Part shown: positions 1 through 12,989 of the stretch, one piece after another | Layout: each line of letters opens with the position of its first letter | Position numbering within the stretch: the first letter of the stretch is position 1 | Assembly (NCBI GenBank): GCA_951406725.2 | Contig: OX597817.1 | Coordinates: 45,508,001 to 45,572,000 of the forward strand | Length of the DNA stretch: 64,000 bases | Origin: Octopus vulgaris | Lineage: Eukaryota | Reading direction: 5' to 3' | The notes under the pieces: model-generated | Told to the model about the DNA's origin: nothing | Seen by the model: only the letters and a program-made list of their open reading frames with translations | The model's database searches: none | Translations under genes and position numbers: made by a program

Positions 1-1002
1 TTTAAAAATTAGACAAATAGAGAAACCGCTTCGTGCCTGCTGGACCAAGAGAGAACAGCCAAATTCTTTAAAACCACAATCAATCGTCTTTAAAAACGAA
101 TGCACCAACTGATTCGGTGCAAACTTTCTTACATGAGGGATTAATAAAAAAGATGTTCTGATTGGAATCACTTCCAATAAAATTTCTGCTTGATCTTAGG
201 TGATCTCAATATGGAAGGATGGATATTGCAACAACAGTAATAGCTTACAAAAGTCATGCATTCTGCCGCCACTCTCTCCTAATTTTCCTAAAAGAGTCCG
301 TGATTAGTCTCTTACATCTTCATTCTTCCTATCAATTAATTGGTGACATAGGTTCTAATATCAGACTGTAATATAATTAAACATTTGTTAATCAATTATT
401 GTTGTTAACGTACATGATAATGATATCAAGTAGTATTTACATGAAAAGAATGCGTAAGGTTCGAGTGGCATATTTAGTGACAAAAGCCATACTTTGAAAG
501 TACTCCCACTACTCAAATGCCGTTTAGAATCTTGAATATATAAATTGAATAAGATTCTTTTCAATTTTCTTTCATTTCTTATTTTTCTATTATTTCCAAA
601 CGCTGAATAAAATATATTATTTCTAATTATCACTTTAGGAGTATTTCGCTTAAAATAGAAGTAACATAAATATTTTTATATAGATACTTAATTTCAGATA
701 TTAGCGACAATTAAATGAAAAGAAAATATTAATTCAGGACAGTAATTAAAACAAACAATTATGTAAGCAGTCTAATGAAAACTAATACGTTTAGAAATTG
801 AATACTGAATAAATTTTATGAAATAATAGTAACCCAAGGAGATAATTGTCGAATAATAGAGGCAGACAGGGAGAAAGTAGAGAAATTAAAATATTGTTGA
901 AATTGAGAAAAAAAAAACATTGCTTCTTGAGATATTCAAATAAAAATATTATCGCGCATGCGCAGATGGTAGCAGAAAACTTTAAATGTTTTTTCAGACG
1001 TT

Positions 1003-1140
1003 GCAGTGTGGTGAGAGGCTTGTTTCAAAACTAGGTAATCCTGAGTTCAGACACACTGAGTGGCATCTGGGGCAAGTGTCTTCTACCATAGCCTCGGGCA
1101 GTAATAGAAGCTTTCTGACGGAAACTGAAAGAAACCATAT
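1003..1140 (+). mobile_element. Degenerate 5' part of SINE family A (tRNA head plus CORE-like segment)
   Basis: Matches other family A copies, e.g. GGGCAAGTGTCTTCTACCATAGCCTCGGGC...GACGGAAACTGAAAGAA. Confidence 0.7.
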
Positions 1141-1364
1141 GTAAAGATACATGTAAAATTGTAGAATAACGATAATCCTTGGATGGAATTTATAAATATT
1201 TAATGCATCGCAACGCGCGTTTCCACAAATCACATGTCTCTTAAGATTAAGGCCCGTATTCTTGGGATAATTAGTGTACTCCGTAGTATGTGTGGGTATC
1301 TGTTTGATCATCATCATTGATTCATTTCTTCTGCAGATATGAAATTAGTTCATGTAAAACTATT

Positions 1365-1365
<1 letters not shown>

Positions 1366-1409
<44 letters not shown>

Positions 1410-1420
1410 CTATATATAAT

Positions 1421-1454
<34 letters not shown>

Positions 1455-1578
1455 TAATTATATATAACATATATATATATATATATAATTACACACATAT
1501 ATAAATATATATATATATAGTATATAGTTATATATATATATATACATATATATATAATTATATATATATATATATACT

Positions 1579-1630
<52 letters not shown>
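1366..1630. repeat. (TA)n microsatellite, representative of dozens of (TA)n/(CA)n/(TAGA)n/(TACA)n tracts in the window
   Basis: Directly visible. Similar tracts at about 8171-8243, 11735-11890, 12380-12700, 21250-21780, 22400-22870, 31600-31990, 33778-33990, 53570-53870 and 56860-57135. Confidence 0.98.
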
Positions 1631-1633
<3 letters not shown>

Positions 1634-1668
1634 TGTATGTATGTGAGTGTGTTAATATATATATATAT

Positions 1669-1899
1669 ATTTCTTTATTGCCCACAAGGGGCTAAGCACA
1701 GAGGGGCCAAACATGAACATACAAAGGGTTTAAGTCGATTACCTCGAACCCAGTGTGAAACTGGTACTTTATTTATCGACCCCGAAAGGATGAACGGCAA
1801 AGTCGACCTAGGCGGAATTTGAACTCAGAGTGTAGCGGCATCGAATTACTGCTAAACATTTCGTCCAACGTCCTAACTATTCTGCCAGCTCGCCTCCTT
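1669..1899 (-). mobile_element. tRNA-derived SINE family B (B1 tail)
   Basis: Reverse complement reads GGCGAGCTGGCAGAA..TAG (A box), GAGTTCAAATTCC (B box), GTCGACTTTGCC..CATCCTTTCGGGGTCGATAAA and tail CCCCTTGTGGGCAATAAAGAAATA; multiple copies in the window. Confidence 0.9.
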
Positions 1900-2597
1900 A
1901 TAGTGTAATGTTAATAGCAACAAAATAATATCTCCGATGCCTGGCCAATAATCCAACGTCAACAACACATAATCCGTGTGTGCATAACAGAATCGTTACT
2001 ATAAACGCCGACAATTCAAATGCTTGTCTGTGAAGTATCATCGGCACCAGTACAATCCCAAATGTCTGGTAAGTAATCCCACTTATACCAAATTTGATCT
2101 TTGATAAGGGTCTCTAACAGTTCTGAGATTAAGTATTACATGTCCGAAGAGAAACAGTTGAATATTTGAACTTTGTATGTTTCCCCTGGAGATTATCAAG
2201 TCAAGCATTTATAGCTACTTCACGGATATTAGTAGTTCTATGCTTTTTTTTAAAGTTTATATGTACTGTAATATAACAGTTTATTCTTATTGAATGAATT
2301 GATGTATTTTGAGAATGAGTTTATTTATAAAGGCATCATGGTTGAACGAGCAAGACGTTCGATCCCAATTCACTACGCATAGGCTTCAATCTCGATCTCT
2401 GCCATTTTAAGCAAACGTGTTTGACAATACAACTTGGTGCCATCCTAGTAACATGTTGGGCGTACGGTTGTTGGAGAAAAGTTTTTAAGGAGAGTATCAA
2501 AGAGTATTTGTTTACAACACTTTCAACTTAATCTATGACATATCAATCTATATCCCGAAAATGGAATCGTAGTGAATGTAGCCAGTCAGTTATACTA

Positions 2598-3151
2598 TTG
2601 GGTTGTCCGGAAAGTTCGTGCCGATTTATAGTAGCTTAGCTTCCGACTTATTTTAGTACATGATTGAGTCTATAAAATAGGATTTGACTACACCTCCATT
2701 TAGAGCACAGTTTAAGCTATCATTTCGGGGAAGAAGGTTTATGTTCCTATAACCTGTGTTAATTTTGTAACCCTTTAAAATGGAAAATAAGAAAGTTCAT
2801 TTTCGGCACTTGATGCTCTGGGAACCAGACAAAAATTGCTGCAGCTCGGCTGGGATGTGTTACCCTACTTTCCATATTCACCAGATATTGCTCCTTCGGA
2901 TTTCCACTTATTCAGATCTCTACAGAATATTCTTAATGGTAAAAATTTCAATTCCTTGGATGACGTAAAAAGATACCTTGATGAATTCTTTGCCATGAAA
3001 CCACCTCAATTCTGGGAAGAGGGTATTTTCAAGTTAAAGGAAAGATGGATAGGCATTGTGCAACAAAATGGTTCATATTTGGCTGATTAAAAATGTAATG
3101 GCAAGTATTTCTTTCCTTTAAAAATCAGCACGAACTTTGTGGACAACCCAA
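2598..3151 (+). mobile_element. Internally deleted mariner (Tc1/mariner DD34D) element, mellifera-subfamily-like
   Basis: 30-bp TIRs TTGGGTTGTCCGGAAAGTTCGTGCCGATTT / AAATCAGCACGAACTTTGTGGACAACCCAA (3 mismatches), TA on both flanks. Transposase N-terminus MENKKVHFRHLML is fused to a C-terminus with YSPDIAPSDFHLFRSLQ. Confidence 0.95.
2780..3090 (+). pseudogene. Mariner transposase remnant (central ~250 aa deleted)
   Basis: ORFs 2780-2968 and 2836-3090; YSPD(L/I)APSD motif and C-terminal RW..IV..NG.Y. Confidence 0.92.
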
Positions 3152-3691
3152 TACTTTTCGTTGAATGTCTGTAAGTTCTTTCGACTAATCTGGACTTTAT
3201 CTAGTGCCTTTTTTCTTTTACTTCCATCTATCTTCTTTTTAATGCATATCTTAAATAAGATTAAAAACATGCAACGACATATTATGAAAAGGAAGTTATG
3301 AAGAATAAAAATTATTTCAGTAAAAACTTCAGGGAATAAATTGATTTATATTAGCTTCGACTCAGCCATAACCTACGCATTGATGACATAAATCCGCAGT
3401 AAGAAATAAAATTTACGAAATAATAAATATAGCGGATTAATTAAACTGATTTTGTCTTAAGTTACGTTAATTTATGTTCATCATTAAGGTTAATCTTTAC
3501 TATAATGAAATTCTTGGAATGACAAGCTTGTACATTCATCCCCGTTCTGACAACAACATGCACGCAACTCATACAAGCAATGTTAAATTCAAGAACTGCA
3601 TTGTAAAATGACAGCATTCATATATTTCAGTTATACACGAACGTATTGAATTTTCTTTACTTACACACACTCACAAACACACACACACACA

Positions 3692-3751
<60 letters not shown>

Positions 3752-3755
<4 letters not shown>

Positions 3756-3904
3756 TTTAGAGATAGTAAGCCCCTTCATCCCACCATATAGAAGATTTTT
3801 AATTTAATTTCATACTTCCTCGCCGATATATAAGTAGTAAGAATGAAATTAAATTAAAATTCTTATATATGGTGGGATGAAGGGGCCTACTATCTCTAAA
3901 TGAA
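3752..3904. repeat. Long inverted repeat (~66-bp arms, ~21-nt spacer) inside a (TA)n tract
   Basis: TTCATTTAGAGATAGTAAGCCCCTTCATCCCACCATATA... pairs with ...TATATGGTGGGATGAAGGGGCCTACTATCTCTAAATGAA. Confidence 0.9.
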
Positions 3905-3971
3905 AATATATATTTCCTCATTGAGAATAAATTAACCCCTGTGATACCGGAATTTTTATTCCCTAACAAAT

Positions 3972-4014
<43 letters not shown>

Positions 4015-4491
4015 CGTACGTGTTTATACATAAGAGCTTTCAAAACGTTTAATATTTGAAATATATAAGAAGGTTGTCCATAGCAAACGCAAAATGTTGT
4101 TAAGGATAAATATTTAACCAGATGGAAGTACATTTATCTTCTGTGGTTTATCAAGAATATTGCATGAATTAATATTGTATGTATTCCTTCTCCTAGGCTA
4201 GTTTCAATTAACTAATATCAACTGACTGGATACAATTCATTCTCTTCACACACATACACACGCACACACTCACACACAAAGCGACACATACGTATACGCA
4301 CACATACACACACACACACATAATATATCAGATGTATGTATCTATTTCTCTATATATTAATACATATATAGATACATAAACATATATGTTTATGCATATC
4401 TATATAGTTATCTCTCTCTAGATATATGTGCATATATACACATGTGCCCGCCCCACCATATATACATATATATATGCATATATATGTACAT

Positions 4492-7400
4492 CAGTGGCGT
4501 GCGGTGACATGCGGCATGCAATGAATTTCATTGCCCCACCCCCAACCCCACCGGCACTTTTTCAGTAAAACATTTTCGTATTCCTACGATTTACATATAA
4601 GAGATTCTGAATATGCAATCACCCCCGTATGACCAAGAATAAACAGGGAATAAAAAATGGCTGTGTAGAGATGAGCCTGAAATAAGTGTATTGTTTGTAT
4701 TATTCTTTGCTCTTCGAAACGTCAGTACTTTCCCATCCTCAATCTCCCTTAGAAAAGTCTAAAAATCATAAGTGAAATGTAATAAAGATGAAATTGGATT
4801 CTGTCAATATTTTTGCATATTCAGAATCTCTGTTAAATGTAGGAATCCGAAAGAAATATTTCACAAAAAATCGTTTTTCAAAGATTCTGCATTAGCCCCT
4901 ATACCTATTGGTTGAGCCGAATGAAATAATTTAATTAAAAGAACACATTTAGTTACATTATATGGCCATGGTTTTAGATCGTTACGCTCTCGAAGACAAG
5001 TCAGGTGCTTTATCATGCTACTTGTCAATTCCGGGCAAATTATTGACTGTTCTGAGACTTACTGAACTCCGTACATTAAAAATACACATTAAAAATACAC
5101 GCATATACATGAATACACACACAATGAAAGACAGCGAAAATTCAACATTTTAAAAAGCCTCCCAAAACTTTTGTGGCAAAAGTCAAAATCTCTGAGATTG
5201 AAACAAGACACTTATTGAAAGAGAAACAAGACACTTATTTACGGCCGTAAATAGATTACACCCAGCAGCACAGAAAGGGAAATCTATGTAGGTTAGGTTT
5301 AACGGAGAAATCGGAACATTTCCCCTGCGAAACAATACTGATGTAAGAAGGTCGAACCTTTCGTTATTACAAACACTAAGCAAAACCTGTAATATATGCT
5401 CTTTAATATATTAATTTTTTTAATATTTTAAAATGTTATTTACCTCATTTATAAGTTAATTCAATTCTTCGATCTTTCTGGGCAAATATATCTATCACAT
5501 TTTCATAGAAATCTTCTCTTTTTATCAATTCTTGTAATAGATCTTTTTCAATTGACATTAGTGCTAACCCAGACAGTTTTCTTTCTCCTGTCGCATTTCA
5601 TTGGTATGTTTTAATTCTACTTAATGCAGAAAAAGACCGCTCTACAGAAGCAGTGGTAGACGGAATTGTCAAAATCAACATGCACAGATTGAAGAGTTCT
5701 GGCATAACTTCAACAAGATTAGTGCTGTTAACGTAACTCATTAAATGACTTACACTTGGTTTTTTAAAATCTTTCCTTGAATACATCACATGATCTCACT
5801 TTGTAATCGTATTACATCAAAAAATCTGCCATAAGTTGTTCTTAAAGAATCTAAAGAGTCCACAGGAAATTGTTTGCAATACTCATCAACTTTGTTGAAA
5901 TTCAAAAGTTCCATGAATTTAAACTCTTCTAAGGATGAATATCGCGCTTTTATTTGGTCAACTATTGTACTGATAATTTTGTTATAAAGCATTCTATAAT
6001 GTCGTTGGGGATCAATAGATATATTCTTGGATCTCTGAATTCCGATTCCTGCATCGACTCCATATTTTTCCCCTAACCTATCATAAAAGATTGAAAAATT
6101 ATCAAGTTTCTTTTCGAGTACAGTTCTAGTTTTATCTATTTTCTCTTTACAATACACTATGTCATGACTTTTACTCTGGAGTATGTTAAATAAGACGTCA
6201 GTAAAAGAAAAAAATGTCACTGAATACTTCTAACAAAAATAAGAAACCAGGTGCTTTTAAAGTGTGTAAGAATCTAATTGCTGAATTTATGGTGGTATCA
6301 TCCCATGCTTCAGGATTTTCAATGATGTTTTCAAAAAGGCTGATTATGAAATCATAATTTTCCTTTGTGGTAATAATAAGACGTGAGGAGTAATTCCATC
6401 TAGTTGCTGCTGCTTTCGGAAATCTTTTTTTAACAATGTTATCTAATGCATTAGCCCTTTTCGGTGATTTCGTAAAAAATGTACCGAGTCCGTTTATTGT
6501 AGAAAAAAAATATCTTGCATTCTTTCATAGCAGAGCATGATTGTGAAAGAACTAAATTTAGGATATGGGCACAACAATGAATAAAGATCGCACATTCATA
6601 TTTCTTTCTTACTTTTGCCTGTAATCCATTTAGTTGTCCTGCCATTGTAGCGGCACCATCATATGTCTGTGCAATCAATTTGTTTCCACATTCCCACGTC
6701 TCAATGCATTTAAAAGCTTGTTCAGATAAAGCATTTGCAGAACGATCTGCACTACCATCACTAAAACCGATAAATCGTTCTTTCGTCACACAGTCTTCTG
6801 TAACATAACGTAAAACTGTTGACAGTTGTGAAGATGCTGAGACATCAGATGTCTCATCAACAAGAATAGAAACAAATTAGCTTGGTCAATTTCCTTCTGC
6901 ATCTCATTGAACATAACTTTATGAATTGCTTCGATCAAGTCATTTTGAATTCTGTTCGACAGACCAGTGAAGATAGAAGCTATATCTAGATGACTTACCA
7001 TTTTTTGTCATATTTACTGATCAAATAAACGAGTTCTTTATAATTTCCACGATCATTAGAGCCTTCGGATTCAAAATGACCCCGAAACGATAATTCCTGG
7101 AGGCCTAAAAAAATAACAACATCGATCAATCGTTGCAGGATGGATCTGTTTCGTCGAACTTTCTCATTATGATGTTGTATGCTTTGATTTTTACGTTCAT
7201 CTAATTGTAAGTCTATGCGAACATTCCCCAATATTTTAAGGTCTATCAAACGTTTTATATGCCTTTGAGAACGCCCGTGCTTTAGCATAGCCATATGTAA
7301 GTTATTTAAATCATCATAGCCTTTATCATTCCAAACATTTTTTTCTAAGCCAAAAAGTAAACAGTTAACCATTTCTTCTTTTCATACGAATTAACCTGAA

Positions 7401-8168
7401 ATTCTCTCAGGAATTTCTTGTTGTAGCTTCGCAAATTAGGTAAATTCGGTGTTGGTCTCCCACCATTTATAATTAATTATTTTCCATCGAAGTCTCTTTT
7501 CGAAAAACTATTTCTCAAAATATCGTTTATAACACACATTTCACGCATTTTGAAAAAGGCTGCCCTTATATAAGGACCCACGTGGAAGCGCCGGCATAAA
7601 TTGTAAGTCAGTTTCAACAAAACGGAAAAATACCCTTTGTTAAATTAATTTAAGATTAATTAGCTATTTCTGAAACAAGAAATATAATATAGATTATATT
7701 TTTGTTTTCAAAACACTCCAAAAATATAATAGTGCAAACGGATGTTTTGGATAAAAGAATTCAAACTTACATGCCAAGCTATTCCAAAATTTCAGCTGGC
7801 TAACTCAAGAATTATGGGCTTGCTCTTGTTCCGGTCAAAATAGACAGAGAGACATGACATGCGGTCTTCTCAGAGCATGACACGCCACACTGAATTTGTC
7901 GAATCACTGAGAGAGAAGGGAGTGACCATTCCTCCCAGCATATCTTTTTAACAAGTCACTAAGAGAGAGAGGAAGGAAGGACAAACTAATACAGACAGAG
8001 AGGGAGTGTGTGTCATGCGATCTTCGCAGAGCATTTATCAAAGCAGAAGTACGAGTGACTGAGAGAGGGGAAGGGGAGACAAAATATTTCTAAAACAACT
8101 GGACGTATTTTCTTTGAAACAGAGAAGGCATGCAGCGCATAGCTTGCATAGCTAAGAGTGCACGCCCC

Positions 8169-8170
<2 letters not shown>
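4492..8170 (-). mobile_element. hAT DNA transposon (DUF4371/ZMYM1-like transposase type), near full length
   Basis: Termini CAGTGGCGTGC / GCACGCCCCTG (11 bp, 1 mismatch); 8-bp TSD ATGTACAT (4484-4491) / ATGTATAT (8171-8178); internal transposase. Confidence 0.92.
5445..7548 (-). pseudogene. hAT transposase, frameshifted, with stops
   Basis: Consecutive minus-strand ORFs: LSFRGHFE..S..GNYKEL (DUF4371), QNDLI, ERFIGF, QTYDGAATMAG..NGLQ, FIHCCAHILNL, and hATC dimerisation motif LTIPSTTASVERSFSALSRIKTY; ends ...KDRRIELTYK*. Confidence 0.93.
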
Positions 8171-8247
<77 letters not shown>

Positions 8248-9453
8248 CGGACTAGTGATAGGCATCCATCTAGCTGCAAGCAACTTAAAGATTCTTACAC
8301 AATGGACTGTGAGTGTGTATGTGTGTGTGTGTGTGTGTGTTTATGTGTGTGTGTGTGTGCGGAATAAAGCATTCTGAGTTTAACTCTGGGCTACATATGT
8401 CACAATGTCTTTTGCTTAAGTTATTCCTTGTATTATCGCTGTAGACAATTCGCATGGAGAACCGAATTTTTCACCATGATTATCGAATGTCAAAGGCACT
8501 CATGAAATGTGCCACACACTCTCCAAGATATTCTCACTATAATCATTTACCAGAATTTAAGACAAAATTATTTTAGTAAATAAATATTTTTTTCTACTCG
8601 GTCAATTCTCCATGAAATGTGGCATTTTTTATAAAAATAATTCCATTAATATCTTATTAGTAAACGAAATATATAAGATTTGATCAAAAACAGATTTATA
8701 AATTGGAAATTTATGTACGAGATAGAGTGCAGCACACCCGACTAGAATGCAATTTTGGTTATTAATACTACGGTCGCTTAAGATTAATACTTGCAACAAA
8801 GAACCAAGCAAGTAAATGATAAATGTAGGTATCGATACTTTTTCAATTCTAGTATGCGTTATAGATTTTTATTTATTTTTCTCTACAGAACGTTAAGTTA
8901 ATTAGCTAAACCAGACATAGAACGAGAAAACAGCGACAGTATATCTGATATGTGAAGATTATATATAATACGAATATATAGATATATTGACCTTATTCAC
9001 CTATCAGATAAAAATAATACAGGACTATAAATTGTTGAATACAAAGAGCTATAAAACATGAAATAAAAAAGGAATAACTGCTTTGTTGTCAAGGATACCA
9101 AGAAATGTGCTACAGAGACTGAGAAAATAACCTATTGAATAGAGAATGGGTGAGCATCAACAGATGATAAATAAAATATAAACCAACATTACACTGGAAA
9201 GTATCAAAATGAGGTGATCAGAATAGAGAAATAACCAGATTATGAAATTCAAAATAGAAACTGCTCGTATCTTAACAGGTACCCTGCGTATAACGTATTC
9301 ACAGCTTCCTTGAATTGTTATAATTAGATCTCTACATAAATTGTGAAAGTCTTCTTTCGTTACAATAGGCAATATTGAAACGAAATAAAAAGAAAAAGTG
9401 CAGATTCAAAAATACATACAGTTGCTCTGGCATTAGAAACAAGAAATTATGAT

Positions 9454-9879
9454 TACTTATTCTTTTATTTGTTTCAGGCATTTGACTACGGCCATGCTGG
9501 ATCACCGCCTTTATTCGAGCAAATCGACACCAGACCTTATTCTTTGTAAGCCTAGTACTTATTCTATCGGTGACTTTTGCCGAACCACTAAGTGACGGGG
9601 ACACAAACACACCAGCATCGGTTGTCAAGCGACACACAAACACAGACACACAAACATATACACACGCACACACAAACACACACACACACACCCACACACA
9701 TATATATATGTATACATGCATACGACAGCTTTCTTTCAGTTTCCCTCTACCAAATCCATTCACAAGGCTTTGGTCGGCCAGAGGCTACAGTAGAAGACAC
9801 TTGCCCAAGGTGCCATGCAGTGGGACTGAACCCGAAACCATGTTGTTAGTGAGCAAGCTACGTACCACACAGCCATACT
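9454..9879 (-). mobile_element. SINE family A, near full length, internal (CA/TA)n
   Basis: tRNA-like head TGGCTGTGTGG...GGTTCAGTCCC, CORE-like CACCTTGGGCAAGTGTCTT, tail CAGTCAAATGCCTGAAACAAATAAAAG. Confidence 0.9.
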
Positions 9880-11531
9880 AAGGAGACACAGCGCTCTAAA
9901 TAAAGGAGGTTCACTCTTGAGTCATTTTCGTACCGTAACGTAAACCAAACTCAATGTTTAACTGAGAATGAGGCTAAACATGAGAAGTTTAGCAATGGGG
10001 TCAATCTTCCTGGTAATTATTTACATGGTATTTGGAATACATCTGATGATTTTTTTGTCTCCATTCTTAAGGAGCAGCTTGATGTATTGGCAAACCGTCG
10101 ACAGTTTTGACTCAGGCTCTAGTTATCTGAGATGGAGGAATGGAAGCCATCTAAATATTGGATATGAGTTATCTGTGTAATGAGGATTAATGACGGGTGT
10201 GAAAATGCCGACATTTCAACTGCTGCTCAACATTACGTGAACACTGTAAAGCGGGTAAAACGTGACATAGATAGCTACAATTGAACGTAGAAGGCTGGAA
10301 CGGACTCAGTAGGCTTTTGATTGCATCGGTAAACTGCATCTAATCCCTGCTGAAGAAGGTGATGTTCTACAGTTGTTTACTCAGGGAACCCGGACTTAAG
10401 TGCGAGAGACAAGTGATAGGGTTGTCACTATGACGATAAGTGAAAATGAGGACCTTCGTTACTGCCCGTACAAGAAGTGTAAAGGGTAAATAATAAAAGC
10501 AAATGTTAAGGGGAAGCGCTTGACGAGGACAAAGAAGGTCCTGAACAAGCCGAGAAAGGCCTGTACTTCTGAGACGAAAAGAATGTCAACCAGGACCGGT
10601 TGCATAACACCTACAACATAAGGTAGCTACCTACAATCCATTATTACATGTATCACGAACACTTAATAGTCCCCAAACAGTGAAGGACCTTTTGTGTGTC
10701 CCCTGTAGGGTTGATGTCTGGTCCTCCAGGGGACTTTGATTGATGTTCTGATTAATGTACAGCACATCATTTATCTTAATTCATTTTAAAAGGGATTTAG
10801 TATGTTATCCTTTCGTGGACAAAGGAATGAAGAGTACTGGATTTCCCGCACACAAACATACACAAACAGCCTTCGCATATATGTGCGTGTCTGCATATGT
10901 GCATGTGTGCTGGTGTGTGTGTATGTGTGTGTGTGTGGGTGTGTGTGTGCCTGTGTGCGTGTTGTGTGTGTATGTGTATGTGTGTGTGTATCCATGTGCT
11001 GGCTGACAGTCTTCGACTTTTATCCGAACTAGTTTTTAACTCGCTATGTACAGCTAGCATTTCTAGGCTTATTTGCTACGGAATCCATATTTCAACACAT
11101 ACAAAGATACACACACGCACACACACACTGGAACGCACGCACTCACACACATAAATAGACAGACAGTGATACATCACATATAAATGCTTAGATAAGTATG
11201 GATTATTGCATGCATGTATGTATGCCAATATCTGTTCGAAATTTCCCATCGAAATGCTTAAACCATATACCATAAACACCTTACAGGTATCTTAAGCTGT
11301 CATACTGGCATTCGGCTTTAGTTTCCATTCTTATGTTCTAAATAGTTGTGCATTAAACCACGTAGTATTTTAGTAAAGGTTTTCTACCATTTACACTGTT
11401 CCCAATTACAACATATCTTTTGGAGCGTGAAAATATCTACAAGTATCATAGACATTCATATTATACATAGATATAATAGGATGTATTATATAAATATATA
11501 TATATACGTACGCATACATATATACATATAT

Positions 11532-11735
11532 ATATCGCGTGTGTATCGTTGGCGATTTTCTGTCTGCGTCTTCCTTTCCTTGGACATTTCTATTTTCTAT
11601 GTTTCTGACGAAGAGCTCCGACCGAAACGTTAAATCCTCCTTCTTTCTTTCCTTTCGCTAGCGTCCAATAACACTATACTTGTCCCACGTCCTCGCGTTG
11701 TTGTGTCTTCTCTTTGTTTATGTTTGGATTAACTA
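11532..11735 (+). mobile_element. Short (TA)n-embedded repeat (family E) with minimal hammerhead motif; probable Penelope pseudo-LTR derivative
   Basis: Near-identical to 40443-40646; contains GTTT-CTGACGA-A-GAGCTCCGACC-GAAA-CGTT-AAAT with stem II mutated in this copy. Confidence 0.7.
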
Positions 11736-11751
11736 TATATATATATTTATG

Positions 11752-11829
<78 letters not shown>

Positions 11830-12422
11830 TTGATAGATAGATATATAGATATATATGTGTGTGTATGTGTGTATGTGTGTATATATATGTATATGTGCGT
11901 AAAAACGTGTCGTTGTCAGTGTATGCGTGCGTGCGCAAACAAACACAGTACATTAACGGAGGAGACAAACAAATGAGAAAGAGAAAGCAATAAAGACGAT
12001 GAGAGATTATAGCGGCTACCGCGTCGAGATGAGGCGTGAGGTGCATTGTAAAATCGGAATGAGTGAATAGACTAAGCGTTTCTAGAATGTTTACAGGCTT
12101 AAATAATAGAATATAAAATAAAAGAAAGGAGAGCAGTAAGCGTCATTAATCTACCTGCTGAAGGCAATGGCAAGCAGCCACCATTACAAATTTGTCAGAT
12201 CTATTAATAACCCCATAATTTTCATATATTGATCGTTTAAACAGAAGCGAGAATTAATTGATTGTTTCAATAAAATGATACGCAAAGCATAGTATTTTTG
12301 CAACTGTAAAAACGTGTGTGCTATTTACGTATATACGTATATATAGTGAGAGATACATAGACCGATAGATAGATACACATTTATATGCATATGTACATAC
12401 ATTTATACATGCTTAAATATAC

Positions 12423-12453
<31 letters not shown>

Positions 12454-12649
12454 TGTTTACATATATATATAAATGCATATATATATATATGTATATATAT
12501 ATTTATATACATGTATGTATATATATGAGATATATGCATATATGTGTATATATATACGTATGTATATACATATATATGTATATATGTATATATGTGAGTG
12601 TGTGTATCTATCTGTCGATAGAAGTAAATATATATGTATATACATATAT

Positions 12650-12708
<59 letters not shown>

Positions 12709-12989
12709 ACAATAAGGGTAGAAATTAATATTAGTTAATTTATATCAATTTAATCCAGTGGCCTAACATACTTAATAAATCCGAAGATATCTACCCTTAT
12801 TATTTAACTTTTAATAACCATGTTCTGTAACGCTGCGTAAATTTATTAAGAGCGAAGTTCTGTCCGGCTTCAGCGCGCCAAAATGAAGACATTTGAAATA
12901 TACTCTCAAATACTAGTGACAGAACTTTATATACATTCTCTTTCGGGGAGACGTCGTATGTTTAGTTCTGTGAATTATGGTTTTCATGC

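Noticed and set aside
9970-10750. GC-richer unique-looking segment, possible exon or LTR element
   Set aside because: No long open frame and no recognisable motif or termini.
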